NCBI GenBank assembly: GCA_044377725.1
Contig: JBILYM010000001.1
Span: 1-58,539, forward strand
Reading direction: 5' to 3'
Source of the DNA: Phycisphaerales bacterium
GTDB lineage: Bacteria > Planctomycetota > Phycisphaerae > Phycisphaerales > SM1A02
DNA: 58,539 bases
Part shown: in pieces, positions 1-8,648 of the stretch
Numbering within the stretch: the stretch's first letter is position 1
Layout of the letters: each line of letters opens with the position of its first letter
Translations under genes and position numbers: made by a program
The notes under the pieces: model-generated
Databases searched by the model: none
Told to the model about the DNA's origin: nothing
Seen by the model: only the letters and a program-made list of their open reading frames with translations

Positions 1-2
1 GC

Positions 3-917
3 TATCCGAATACCCCCGGCATTTTCACTGCTGCGCAGGTGGCGGGTTGGAAGATCGTGACGGATCGCGTTCATGCTGCGGGTGGGCGGATCTTCTCGCA
101 GCTCTGGCATGTTGGGCGCATCAGCCATACGGCCCATCAGCCGAACGGGCAGGCGCCGGTTTCCTGTGTTGCCGCTGCGTCTTCAGCAAAGATGATGATT
201 GTGCGCGCCGACGGCACTCTTCAAGAGGTGCCAGCCAGCATGCCACGTGCGCTGGAAACCAATGAAATGCCGCGCGTTGTTCGTGACTACGAACTTGCAG
301 CCACGAACGCCAAGACCGCTGGATTCGACGGCGTTGAGGTGCATGGCGCGAACGGCTACCTGATCAACCAATTCCTCTCTGGCTCATTGAATACACGCAC
401 CGATGCATGGGGCGGCAGTATTGAGAATCGCCTTCGACTCTTGCTGAACGCGGTCGATGCCGCCGGTGCAGCGTTTGGTTACGCCAAAGTTGGCGTGCGT
501 CTCTCACCGATGGGAAATGCTGCGGAACTTCCGGCCGCGCCCGATGACCGTGAATTGATGTTGCGCGCCGCACGTGAACTTGGCGATCGCAAGTGTGCAT
601 ACTTGCATCTCTTTAATCACTACTTCGGGGCACACGGATGGAACGGCTCGTTTGACCGTGCGCTGGCAGAAGGAATGAAGAAGAACTTCAACGGACCGGT
701 TGTGTTGAATGGCTACTCACGCGATGTTGCCAGCGCCGAGCGTGACGTGCGCGAAGGCCTTGGTGACGCAGTGGCATTCGGCAAGCTTGCGATCTCAAAC
801 CCGGACCTGCCGGAGCGCATTCGTGACGGCGCACCGCTTGCCGAGTGGGATGCTTCGCAGTTCTATGGCGTGGGTGGTAAGGGGTACAACGATTACCCGA
901 CGCTTGCGACAAAGTGA
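3..917 (+). CDS. Old Yellow Enzyme-family NAD(P)H:flavin oxidoreductase (N-ethylmaleimide/alkene reductase-like), 5'-truncated by the window edge
   Basis: The reading frame is open from base 3. The translation YPNTPGIFTAAQVAGWK...GGRIFSQLWHVGR...GFDGVEVHGANGYLINQFL...RTDAWGGSIENRLR carries typical OYE TIM-barrel motifs. The N-terminus lies upstream of the window. Confidence 0.85.
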   Translation, partial: YPNTPGIFTAAQVAGWKIVTDRVHAAGGRIFSQLWHVGRISHTAHQPNGQAPVSCVAAASSAKMMIVRADGTLQEVPASMPRALETNEMPRVVRDYELAATNAKTAGFDGVEVHGANGYLINQFLSGSLNTRTDAWGGSIENRLRLLLNAVDAAGAAFGYAKVGVRLSPMGNAAELPAAPDDRELMLRAARELGDRKCAYLHLFNHYFGAHGWNGSFDRALAEGMKKNFNGPVVLNGYSRDVASAERDVREGLGDAVAFGKLAISNPDLPERIRDGAPLAEWDASQFYGVGGKGYNDYPTLATK

Positions 918-1049
918 ATTGAATAAAGGCTGTCACTCGGGTGGCAGGGCTGTGTCAGGGGGATGATGCGCGCGGCGCGGCAGGTTTCGCGAGAACCTGC
1001 CCGCCGCTTAGGCGTTTCCGCGCGATGTGCGCGAAGTACCAGCAATTCC

Positions 1050-1080
1050 TTGCAATTCAAAGTAATTACAATATGATTAC
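1050..1080 (+). promoter_or_regulatory. Candidate sigma70-type promoter (TTGCAA-16 nt-TATGAT) with an overlapping short inverted repeat (GTAAT...ATTAC), upstream of mazE
   Basis: TTGCAA lies at 1050-1055 and TATGAT at 1072-1077. The palindromic GTAATTAC / GTAAT-N9-ATTAC lies around 1062-1080. The predicted transcription start would fall about at the ATG at 1085, implying a leaderless antitoxin mRNA. This is hexamer matching by eye only. Confidence 0.3.
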
Positions 1081-1084
1081 ATAC

Positions 1085-1351
1085 ATGGCATCTGTCCCAG
1101 CAAAGCTTGTAGCCATCGGAAATTCGCGCGGCGTCCGTTTGCCGAAGGCAATGATCGAACAAGCCGGGCTTAGCGCGGACATCGAACTCGAAGTCATTGA
1201 TGGCGCGATCGTCATCCGTAGCCATCGCCTTGTGCGCGCGGGCTGGGCCGAGGCTGCCAAGCTGATGGCTTCGCGCGGCGAGACGCCGTTACCCATCACC
1301 ATCAATCCACCGACGAATGCATTCGACCGTGACGAGTGGAGCTGGGAATGA
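1085..1351 (+). CDS. mazE: AbrB/SpoVT (MazE-type) antitoxin
   Basis: Swapped-hairpin signature VAIGNSRGVRLPKAMIEQAGL. There is a 4-nt ATGA overlap with the downstream toxin gene. The ORF-track start at 941 (GTG) is probably an upstream extension; ATG at 1085 (or 1073) is preferred. Confidence 0.8.
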   Translation: MASVPAKLVAIGNSRGVRLPKAMIEQAGLSADIELEVIDGAIVIRSHRLVRAGWAEAAKLMASRGETPLPITINPPTNAFDRDEWSWE

Positions 1352-1677
1352 AGCGCCTGCCGCTTCGCGGCGACATCATCTACATCAACGAAGGTAACGC
1401 GCGCGGCGCTGAAATCCGCAAGCCGCGACCGTGCGTGGTGGTTTCCCCGGATGAATTGAATCGCCATGCGCCGACGCTGATTGTGGTTCCGCTGACTTCT
1501 GGCGCGCATCCCTACGCGTTCCGCGTGCCGTGCTCCTGGAAGGGTCGCAAGGGTCACATGGTGATCGAGCAGGTGCGGGCCATTGATCGATCCCGCATTG
1601 ATCGCATAGCGGGAACGATGGCGGCAGAATCAGTGCGCGCATCGCTACTGATGTTGAGCGAGATGTTCGCGGAGTAA
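1348..1677 (+). CDS. mazF: PemK/MazF-family endoribonuclease toxin
   Basis: MKRLPLRGDIIYI...KPRPCVVVSPDELN...LIVVPLTS...VIEQVRAIDRSRI matches the MazF/PemK pattern. The ATG at 1348 overlaps the antitoxin stop codon (ATGA). Confidence 0.85.
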   Translation: MKRLPLRGDIIYINEGNARGAEIRKPRPCVVVSPDELNRHAPTLIVVPLTSGAHPYAFRVPCSWKGRKGHMVIEQVRAIDRSRIDRIAGTMAAESVRASLLMLSEMFAE

Positions 1678-1685
1678 TCGCTCAC

Positions 1686-4445
1686 TCAGCGCCGCATCCA
1701 CGTCCCGGTATCGACGCCCCAGTCATTACCGAAGAATCCGGCTTCAATAATGCCAGTGGCGCCATCGGTGAGCATGGCTGACCGGAATGCAATCAGGTCG
1801 GGAACGCCGACGCCGGCGCTGAAGATGGGGGTGCGCATGGCGGCGCGCATACCCACAGCGCCCGTGGCTGCAACGACTCCCACTTGACCTTGGTCGCAGT
1901 CGATGCGGGGTAGCACGAACATCGTGGCGATGTCGTCGCCAGTGTGGCGGGAAGTTGGTCCAGCGAATGATCCATTACGAACATCAATCGATGTGCTGTC
2001 ACCGATGAGCGCGCTCCACGCCGCGTTCTGGTCATGGTTGCCGTACAGCACCACGTTGCGCCCGAGGTACTGCTTGGGATCGAACGCAGTGTCCGTGAGA
2101 ATCTCAAAGCGACCGTTACCGCGCACCCACCACTGATCAGCGTCATAGCGGGCCTTGGCCATGATCAGTGCATCCGATGCGTCGTCGCCGTTGGTTCCCA
2201 CCACCGCAACGAAGCCGTGCGCGTAGGCGTTCTTGAACGGTCCGCCGCGCGCGGGCTTCTTCTCATGCGCTGGCAATGGCTCAGGCTTGGAACCGTCGCG
2301 GCATCCTGGATCAAGGCTCCACACGATGTTGTCTGCGGACCCTTGCTCGCGATGAAAACGCAGGTGCGGGTTGTCAGTCGTCAATGGAACGACGATCGCT
2401 TGATTGTCCAGCGTGACGGTGATTTGCGCAGGTACGCTCGCCGCCGAAGCACTGGCGCTTGCATTGCCAGCACTCGCCGCTGTCGCATCCGCTCCGCTCG
2501 CCGGCATCGCGATCGGCACCACTAAATCAAGCGTCTTGACGTTCACCGTGGTTCCAGCCACGGTTCGCTTCGCTACATCAAGCACCATGTCAACACTGGA
2601 AACTTCAAACGGCTTCTTCTGCTGCAAGACGCGCACCCATCCATCGCGCTGACTGACTTGCGGCGAGACAGTCTGGAACCGCACGCGAGTCATGTCCTTC
2701 ATCTCCGGCAGCGTGTGTCGGAACAAGAATTGCATGAGCGGCGCCCAGTCGACGCACTCGTTCCCCCACCAGTGGCCAGCACCGGGGCGTTCGTAGTATT
2801 CAAAGTCCGGATGACTGATGGCGGCGAGTTGCTTGAACATCTCGCGGGCTTCGCTCACAGGAACGTTGTCATCAGCATCGCCGTGCAAGACGTAAACGCC
2901 TTGCTGCAGGTAATTCTCTTTGATGCTCAGCGTGTCGCTGGCACGTCCGGCGCGGAGCAGCATGGCAGCCGCCGGATCGTCCGGACCGCCAGCTGCCCCA
3001 ACAGCCGCACTGCCCGCCGCGGTGGCACCGACGTAACTGCTAAAGCTCACCCATCCCGCGCTGGGAGCAATTGCTGCAAATTCGCCCGGGAAATGCGCGC
3101 CCAATTGCCACGTGCCGTGTCCGCCCATGGAATGGCCCGTGAGCCAACTGCGGCGCGGATCATTCACGAGCGTCGCGCGTGCGTGCGCAACTGCTTCCGT
3201 GAAATCGAGGCGTCCCCAGTCTTCCCAATCGAAACCGAATGGTCGTCGATTGGTTGGACACACCACGTGCGCGTCCTTCTTGGGCGCATACGCAGCGGCC
3301 TGGCTGGTGGCTTCAACACCCGCGCCGTGCACGCTGAAGAGAATGCCAGGCTTTGCATCACCACTTGCGGTGGCATTCTCGGTGCTGGGCATCACTGCGG
3401 TTGATGGAACCACGGCGTAGTACTGCGCACTACCGTCGATAGTGCTCATGCGCGTGACTACGCGACGATCGCTGGAACTCACGGTGGTCAGTTCAATCGG
3501 TGCGGTGCCAAGCACGGTGCCATCACGCGCGGTGAGTGTCACCTGCACGGAGTGCTTGCTACCTGCGGCACCAGCAAACTGTGAGGAATATCCCGCCGGC
3601 AATGCCACCTTTTTCACAGTGAGCGCAGGCATGACATGCAGGTCCACCCATTCGTCACTGTCGGCCAAGTCACTATCAATATGGACACGCGCGCCAGCGA
3701 GTGGCTGCGTTGACGCATTGACTACCACCACACCGATCGGACCTTGAGTGTCGCGCTCGGCGATGAGTGATGGCGTCAACATGTCAAGCGTAGAGATGAA
3801 CGCAGCGGCGGGCGGCGGAGTGAGTTTTGCGGCCAATCGCCCGCGACTCACCGAGAACAAGAACTCGTTCGTGCCCGTCTTGAGTTTCACCGGTACCCGC
3901 ACAAATCCCCATGAATATGGATCGCCGCCGCGCGGTTCGCCGTTCACGAACACGGTGCCGTGGCCAGAGGCCTCCAACATCATCACGCGTTCGGTGGCGC
4001 TGTTGACGGTGGCGTAGATCCACCCGCCGGCGAGTGCGCTGCCTTCTTCGCCTTGAAACACACCGTCGGCGTTCGCATTGATGGCGATCCACGCATTGAC
4101 GCTCGGCTGGGGAGCGGGCGTTCTGTTTGCTGGTGTTGCACCACTCGTTACAGGTGGCGCGGCAGTGATCGCCGCATTGGTATTCACCGGGATGTCACTC
4201 GCCTTCGGTGTGACGAATGTGCCAGCCACCAACTGCGCCTCAATCGGGTCGCGTCGGACCAGTGAGCGAGACGCGCTGCGTGGTGATGGCGATACCAGCG
4301 CTAAGCCGGTGCGAATCACCACGTCTTCGCTGGGTGCAGCCGGCGAAGCGATCGCAGCAGCCGGCGGTGCGATCGTTGGATCAGCAGCAATGGCGAAGAT
4401 GGTGAGGGCGGATAGAGCGCACGACGCGGCGATCGCAATAATCAT
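1686..4445 (-). CDS. Large secreted alpha/beta-hydrolase (S9 peptidase/esterase-like) protein
   Basis: 919-aa ORF with an N-terminal signal-like peptide (MIIAIAASCALSALTIFAIAA). It has a nucleophile elbow GHSMGGHG, an acid motif LHGDADDNVP and a His motif GAGHWW in the order expected for a Ser-Asp-His triad. Confidence 0.7.
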   Translation of the reverse strand: MIIAIAASCALSALTIFAIAADPTIAPPAAAIASPAAPSEDVVIRTGLALVSPSPRSASRSLVRRDPIEAQLVAGTFVTPKASDIPVNTNAAITAAPPVTSGATPANRTPAPQPSVNAWIAINANADGVFQGEEGSALAGGWIYATVNSATERVMMLEASGHGTVFVNGEPRGGDPYSWGFVRVPVKLKTGTNEFLFSVSRGRLAAKLTPPPAAAFISTLDMLTPSLIAERDTQGPIGVVVVNASTQPLAGARVHIDSDLADSDEWVDLHVMPALTVKKVALPAGYSSQFAGAAGSKHSVQVTLTARDGTVLGTAPIELTTVSSSDRRVVTRMSTIDGSAQYYAVVPSTAVMPSTENATASGDAKPGILFSVHGAGVEATSQAAAYAPKKDAHVVCPTNRRPFGFDWEDWGRLDFTEAVAHARATLVNDPRRSWLTGHSMGGHGTWQLGAHFPGEFAAIAPSAGWVSFSSYVGATAAGSAAVGAAGGPDDPAAAMLLRAGRASDTLSIKENYLQQGVYVLHGDADDNVPVSEAREMFKQLAAISHPDFEYYERPGAGHWWGNECVDWAPLMQFLFRHTLPEMKDMTRVRFQTVSPQVSQRDGWVRVLQQKKPFEVSSVDMVLDVAKRTVAGTTVNVKTLDLVVPIAMPASGADATAASAGNASASASAASVPAQITVTLDNQAIVVPLTTDNPHLRFHREQGSADNIVWSLDPGCRDGSKPEPLPAHEKKPARGGPFKNAYAHGFVAVVGTNGDDASDALIMAKARYDADQWWVRGNGRFEILTDTAFDPKQYLGRNVVLYGNHDQNAAWSALIGDSTSIDVRNGSFAGPTSRHTGDDIATMFVLPRIDCDQGQVGVVAATGAVGMRAAMRTPIFSAGVGVPDLIAFRSAMLTDGATGIIEAGFFGNDWGVDTGTWMRR

Positions 4446-4482
4446 GCGGGGCAGGGTAGTCGAGCCGGGTGGCGCGTTGCGT

Positions 4483-6042
4483 TCACCACTGACCGAGCAT
4501 CGCGCCGACGTCGGGGCCGCTGACCAATCCGTCGAGTGTCACATCGCCAAACACAGATCCGGGGACTCCAGTTTGCCCCCACTGCCCGAGCATCAATCCG
4601 AGATCGATCCCGTTGACGAAACCATCCCAATTGAGGTCAGCAGTGCGTAGGCCGCGGGCTGCGGCTTCGTATGCACGCATGATTCCATGTCCTTCGACAA
4701 AGAGTGGATCCGGGTGCAACCCCGCAGCATCGGAGCGCGATGCCGTTGCAAAGAGCGCTTCGCGAATCTCCGCGACGCCGTAGTTCGGACGGGCTTGCAA
4801 GATGCACGCGGCGGCGCCAGCGATCAGTGGAGTGCTCAAGCTGGTTCCACTCACGCCGGAGAGGCCAGTGACGCTGGTGGAGTTCACGGTGATGGTGTTC
4901 AAGCCGCACGCCATCAGTTCGGGCTTCAATCGACCATCGGCGGTGGGGCCGCTTGATGAGAAGCCAATGATCCCACCAGTGACATTCACGGCACCGCAGG
5001 TGATCACGTTGTATGCATCGGCGGGTGCACCGAGCGTGCTGGTGGTGGGGTCGGCGTCATGCCCGGAATTGCCGGCGGCGGTGCAGCACACCACGCCGTT
5101 TGCTGTCGCCACATTCACAGCCACCGTGGTGACTGCGGTGTTTCCGTTGAGGTCAGCCTGCGTGTACCAATCGATGTATCCCAGTGAACTGGTAGCCACA
5201 TCGGCGCCACGTGCTTCGATGAATTCAAGCCCAGCAACGTAGTAGTCCTCTTCGATGGGCGTCTCGGTGGGAACATCCTCTGTCTTGCACAGGATAAATT
5301 CCGCGTCGTAAGCGGCACCGACCATGCTGCCGGGCAGATACGCGCCCATCGTTCCAAGAATCCATGTGCCGTGTTTGTGTTGCTCGCTGTTGTCGCCAGC
5401 CTGAATTCCAGTGTTTCCATCGTTATTGATGAAGTCCCACTCCGCGATCACACGCAGCGGACGCGCCGGGTTGTTGAATGCTTCATGGACGCGATTGAAG
5501 CCGGTATCAAGAACGCCGATCACCATGCCGGTGCCGGTGTATCCACGCGCGTGCAGGCGGGGGATGTCGATCTGCGTCAATTGCGGATTCGCCGCGCCGT
5601 AATCGATGCTGGCGGCCCATCCTTCCGGTGGCGGCATTTCCTGCTCGTCTTGCCAACCAGCGCGACCGCGTCCAACCGCTTCCACGTGGGTGACATCTGG
5701 CAACTCGCGCAGTGCTTCGATTTGCTTTGGCGTTGCCATGGCGCTGACTGCGCACAGCCAACGACTTTGCGTGCGCAACTCAGCTCCGGTGCCGGTCACT
5801 GCGGTGGCGCGCGTTGCTGGCATTGGCACGTCGTGAATATCAAAGAGTCCAGGCAATGTGCGTCGAAGCGCGCGACGTGCGAGGGCGCGCGGCGTGAGTG
5901 CGGTGTCGGCGATGGAGGCCGGCGTGGCGCGGTTGTCCTTGAAGAACACCCACACTGGAGCTGGCGCGTCGGCGGGGCCAACAGCGGAACCAGCAAGGCA
6001 GACCTGCAACAGGCTGCTGACGGCAAGTGTGAGGATCGGCAT
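4483..6042 (-). CDS. Secreted subtilisin-like S8 serine protease with two C-terminal dockerin-like repeats
   Basis: Asp motif VIGVLDTGF, His motif HGTWILGT and Ser motif GTSLSTP. The C-terminal repeats are DLNWDGFVNGIDLGLMLGQWG and GDVTLDGLVSGPDVGAMLGQW. The start is taken at MPILTLAVSSLL (signal peptide) rather than the ORF-track start at 6087. Confidence 0.85.
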   Translation of the reverse strand: MPILTLAVSSLLQVCLAGSAVGPADAPAPVWVFFKDNRATPASIADTALTPRALARRALRRTLPGLFDIHDVPMPATRATAVTGTGAELRTQSRWLCAVSAMATPKQIEALRELPDVTHVEAVGRGRAGWQDEQEMPPPEGWAASIDYGAANPQLTQIDIPRLHARGYTGTGMVIGVLDTGFNRVHEAFNNPARPLRVIAEWDFINNDGNTGIQAGDNSEQHKHGTWILGTMGAYLPGSMVGAAYDAEFILCKTEDVPTETPIEEDYYVAGLEFIEARGADVATSSLGYIDWYTQADLNGNTAVTTVAVNVATANGVVCCTAAGNSGHDADPTTSTLGAPADAYNVITCGAVNVTGGIIGFSSSGPTADGRLKPELMACGLNTITVNSTSVTGLSGVSGTSLSTPLIAGAAACILQARPNYGVAEIREALFATASRSDAAGLHPDPLFVEGHGIMRAYEAAARGLRTADLNWDGFVNGIDLGLMLGQWGQTGVPGSVFGDVTLDGLVSGPDVGAMLGQW

Positions 6043-6151
6043 GCAGGTATATGGTTGCCCGGATGTGCTGCGGGGGCAAGTCCGCATTTTGAGAATTGAC
6101 AGGTTATTGGACTATTTTTTAAACGTTGGCGGGATCTACCATTCGCGCCCC

Positions 6152-7030
6152 ATGAATATCTCTGCCCCTACGCCAGTCAAGACCATCGCCGTCATCGGAG
6201 CCGGGACCATGGGTTCCGGCATCGCGCTCACTGCCGCGCAGGCGGGCATCGCTGCGTTTCAGGTTGACCTGAGTGCTGCGCAGTTGGAGAAGGCCAAGGC
6301 CTACCACGTGAAGACGCTGGCGCGTGCGGTGGAGAAGGGCAAGATGCAGCAGGCGGACGCGGACGCTGCGGCGAAGCGCATCTCCTACGTTGCCACCATG
6401 GCCGAGGCGAAGAGTGCGGATTGGGCCGTTGAAGCTGCCACTGAGAACGTGGAGATCAAGAAGAAGATCTTCAAGGAGATGGCGGCAACATTCCCAGCGC
6501 ACGCGGTGTTGGCGACGAACACCTCGAGCATCAGCATCACGGATCTTGCGAGCGCTGTTGGCGCGGACGCGCACCGCGTGATCGGCATGCACTTCTTTAA
6601 CCCGGTGCCGATCATGGCGTTGGTAGAAGTGATCAAGGGACTTGCGACGAGTGATGAGACAACGCAGCGCACGATTGCGCTTTCGATTGCCATGGGAAAG
6701 ACGCCGGTGCCGGCGAATGACCGTGCGGGTTTCGTTTCCAACCGCGTGTTGATGCCCATGATCAATGAGGCGTTCTACGCATGCATGGAAGGCGTTGCCA
6801 AGCCAGAGGACATCGATCAGATCATGAAGCTCGGCTGCAATTTCCCGATGGGACCGCTGCGTTTGGCTGATTTCATTGGGCTTGACGTGTGTCACGACAT
6901 CATGATGGTCTTGTACCGCGAGCTTGGCGATCAGAAATTCTTCCCATGCCCCATGCTTCGGCAGTTGGTGCAGGCGGGCCGGCTTGGAGATAAGAGCGGG
7001 CGCGGCGTGTTTGATTACGCAAAGAAATAA
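6152..7030 (+). CDS. hbd: 3-hydroxybutyryl-CoA / 3-hydroxyacyl-CoA dehydrogenase (NAD-binding)
   Basis: IAVIGAGTMGSGIA Rossmann motif, TNTSSISIT, GMHFFNPVPIMALVEV, NDRAGFVSNRVLMPMINEA and MKLGCNFPMGPLRLADFIGLD. The ORF-track start at 5858 overlaps the divergent protease gene; the ATG at 6152 gives the canonical N-terminus. Confidence 0.9.
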   Translation: MNISAPTPVKTIAVIGAGTMGSGIALTAAQAGIAAFQVDLSAAQLEKAKAYHVKTLARAVEKGKMQQADADAAAKRISYVATMAEAKSADWAVEAATENVEIKKKIFKEMAATFPAHAVLATNTSSISITDLASAVGADAHRVIGMHFFNPVPIMALVEVIKGLATSDETTQRTIALSIAMGKTPVPANDRAGFVSNRVLMPMINEAFYACMEGVAKPEDIDQIMKLGCNFPMGPLRLADFIGLDVCHDIMMVLYRELGDQKFFPCPMLRQLVQAGRLGDKSGRGVFDYAKK

Positions 7031-7731
7031 TGGCACTTCCAGCAGACATCGATCACTTGGTGTTCACATGCGCTGACCTCGACGCAGGCATCGCATGGGC
7101 GGAGCGCACGTTCGGTGTGCGACCGGTGCGTGGCGGTGCGCATCCGCAGTGGGGCACGCACAACGCGTTGATGTCATTGGGGCGCGAGCGTTACTTGGAA
7201 CTCTTGGCGCCGGACCCAAACGCGCCGAGCGCGGGGCGCGCCAATGTTGCGGGGCGCGCGTTGTTTGGGATGGGTGCAGGTCCAGGTGCAAGTGCAGGCG
7301 CAGCTAATGGTGCCGCGCATGAAGCATGGCTGACGGCCGCACCGCGACTCACCACGTGGATGTTGCATTCGCGGACGATCGATCCGTTGCTAACGGCGGC
7401 GCTGCACGCGGGCATTGATCTGGGGCGCGTCACTGCGGGATCACGGATGCGTGCCGATGGCACAGAAATCAGCTGGGAAATAGCGATTCCCCCGGCGCGA
7501 CCGTTGGATGGATGCGTACCGTGGTTGATTGACTGGGGCTGGAGCGCGCATCCAAGCATTACTGCGCCGCAGGGCGCGCGGCTTGATTGGATGGAGGTTG
7601 TGCACCCGGATCCAGCGCGCGTGCGCCGCGCGCTTGATGCGGTGAATTGCCGCTCACTGGATGTTCGTCAGGGGAGTGTGCCGGGAATAGTGGTGGGCGT
7701 TGCGTGTCTGCGCGGGGTGGTGGTGGTGTGA
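7030..7731 (+). CDS. VOC-family (glyoxalase-like domain) protein
   Basis: The N-terminus IDHLVFTCADLDAGIAWAERTFGVRPVRGGAHPQWGTHNALMSLGRERYLELLAPDP resembles Glyoxalase_3-type VOC proteins. The start codon shares one nucleotide with the hbd stop codon (TAATG). Confidence 0.65.
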   Translation: MALPADIDHLVFTCADLDAGIAWAERTFGVRPVRGGAHPQWGTHNALMSLGRERYLELLAPDPNAPSAGRANVAGRALFGMGAGPGASAGAANGAAHEAWLTAAPRLTTWMLHSRTIDPLLTAALHAGIDLGRVTAGSRMRADGTEISWEIAIPPARPLDGCVPWLIDWGWSAHPSITAPQGARLDWMEVVHPDPARVRRALDAVNCRSLDVRQGSVPGIVVGVACLRGVVVV

Positions 7732-7740
7732 GGGGTCAAG

Positions 7741-7769
7741 TTGCAGTTTTGAATACCGCGTTGTACGAT
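7741..7769 (+). promoter_or_regulatory. Candidate sigma70-type promoter TTGCAG-17 nt-TACGAT upstream of the 7846 gene
   Basis: TTGCAG lies at 7741-7746 and TACGAT at 7764-7769. A GAGGA Shine-Dalgarno-like element sits about 8 nt before the ATG at 7846. Confidence 0.3.
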
Positions 7770-7845
7770 GAGGGGTGTCCAAGGAATTAGCAGAGTCGGC
7801 TACCAGGCTGATTCATACGTTCCTTGATTTTCCGAGGAATTCACA

Positions 7846-8613
7846 ATGCCAATGTTTCGGAGCACTAGTGTTGTATGCACGCCCATCATCTACCTTGGGA
7901 TCATCAGCGCCGTAGCGATCAACAATCCGCTTTGCGATGCTGGTTTGCAACTAGGGTTGCGTCTTCCTTTCCCAACTGACGCGCCCCCCGAAGAAAGTAG
8001 CCCGCCGGTTCGAGCTCGTCCTTCGGTACCTCCTGCGACTGCACCGCCGCCTTCGCCGAAGAGTGATGATGTTGGCGCCAAGTCATCTGCGGTTGACGAC
8101 GCGTGTTTGAAGCGCGCCATAGACACCGTGAAGGCGAAATACGTCTTTGATGCGAAGGCATTTACTAATGCAAATCGCGCGAAGGCAACGCGGGCTTTTG
8201 ACGCCGCCAAAGTCAAGTATGCCGCTGCTCGTAAGAAGCGCAATTCAATCGTTGATGAGGAGCGTGACGAAAACTTTGGAAAACGCAGTAGCGGAGAAAA
8301 GCCTCCGACGCCGCCAACTATGCCGAAGTTCGAGACATGGGCAGATCGCATGAAGGCGGAGATAAAGGCGGAGGGAACCCAGAGCTATGAGGACAGCGTG
8401 AAGCGCGGCGCACCTCTTCCCGCGCCAGGCCATCCGTTGGACGGTCCAAAGTTGACGGCATTTGTGAAGGAATATCGTGGGACGATCACAGACGTCCGTT
8501 TATTAGGTTTGATAGGACAGATCAGCAAGGAGTATCAGACTGAGGTTGCGAAGGCAGCGCTTGATGCAGCGAAGCCTCAAAGTGAAACGGCACAAACAAA
8601 GCCGAAGCCTTAG
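7846..8613 (+). CDS. Hypothetical exported Lys/Ala-rich protein
   Basis: 255-aa ORF with a hydrophobic N-terminus, a Pro-rich linker and a charged helical remainder. A plausible RBS is present. No recognisable family. Confidence 0.5.
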   Translation: MPMFRSTSVVCTPIIYLGIISAVAINNPLCDAGLQLGLRLPFPTDAPPEESSPPVRARPSVPPATAPPPSPKSDDVGAKSSAVDDACLKRAIDTVKAKYVFDAKAFTNANRAKATRAFDAAKVKYAAARKKRNSIVDEERDENFGKRSSGEKPPTPPTMPKFETWADRMKAEIKAEGTQSYEDSVKRGAPLPAPGHPLDGPKLTAFVKEYRGTITDVRLLGLIGQISKEYQTEVAKAALDAAKPQSETAQTKPKP

Positions 8614-8648
8614 CGTTCTCCGTGGTCGGAGCGGCTGCTGAGTCGATG

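Noticed and set aside
6096-6124. TTGACA at 6096-6101 as a promoter for hbd
   Set aside because: No acceptable -10 hexamer lies at 16-18 nt spacing; the best candidate is TTAAAC. I left it unannotated.
5858-6151. N-terminal 98-aa extension of the hbd ORF
   Set aside because: It overlaps the divergent S8 protease gene and has an Arg/Ala-rich nonsense-like composition. The canonical dehydrogenase N-terminus begins at the ATG at 6152.
6119-7036. 305-aa ORF on the minus strand
   Set aside because: It is fully antisense to the well-supported hbd gene and has an Arg/His-rich composition typical of GC-rich antisense frames.
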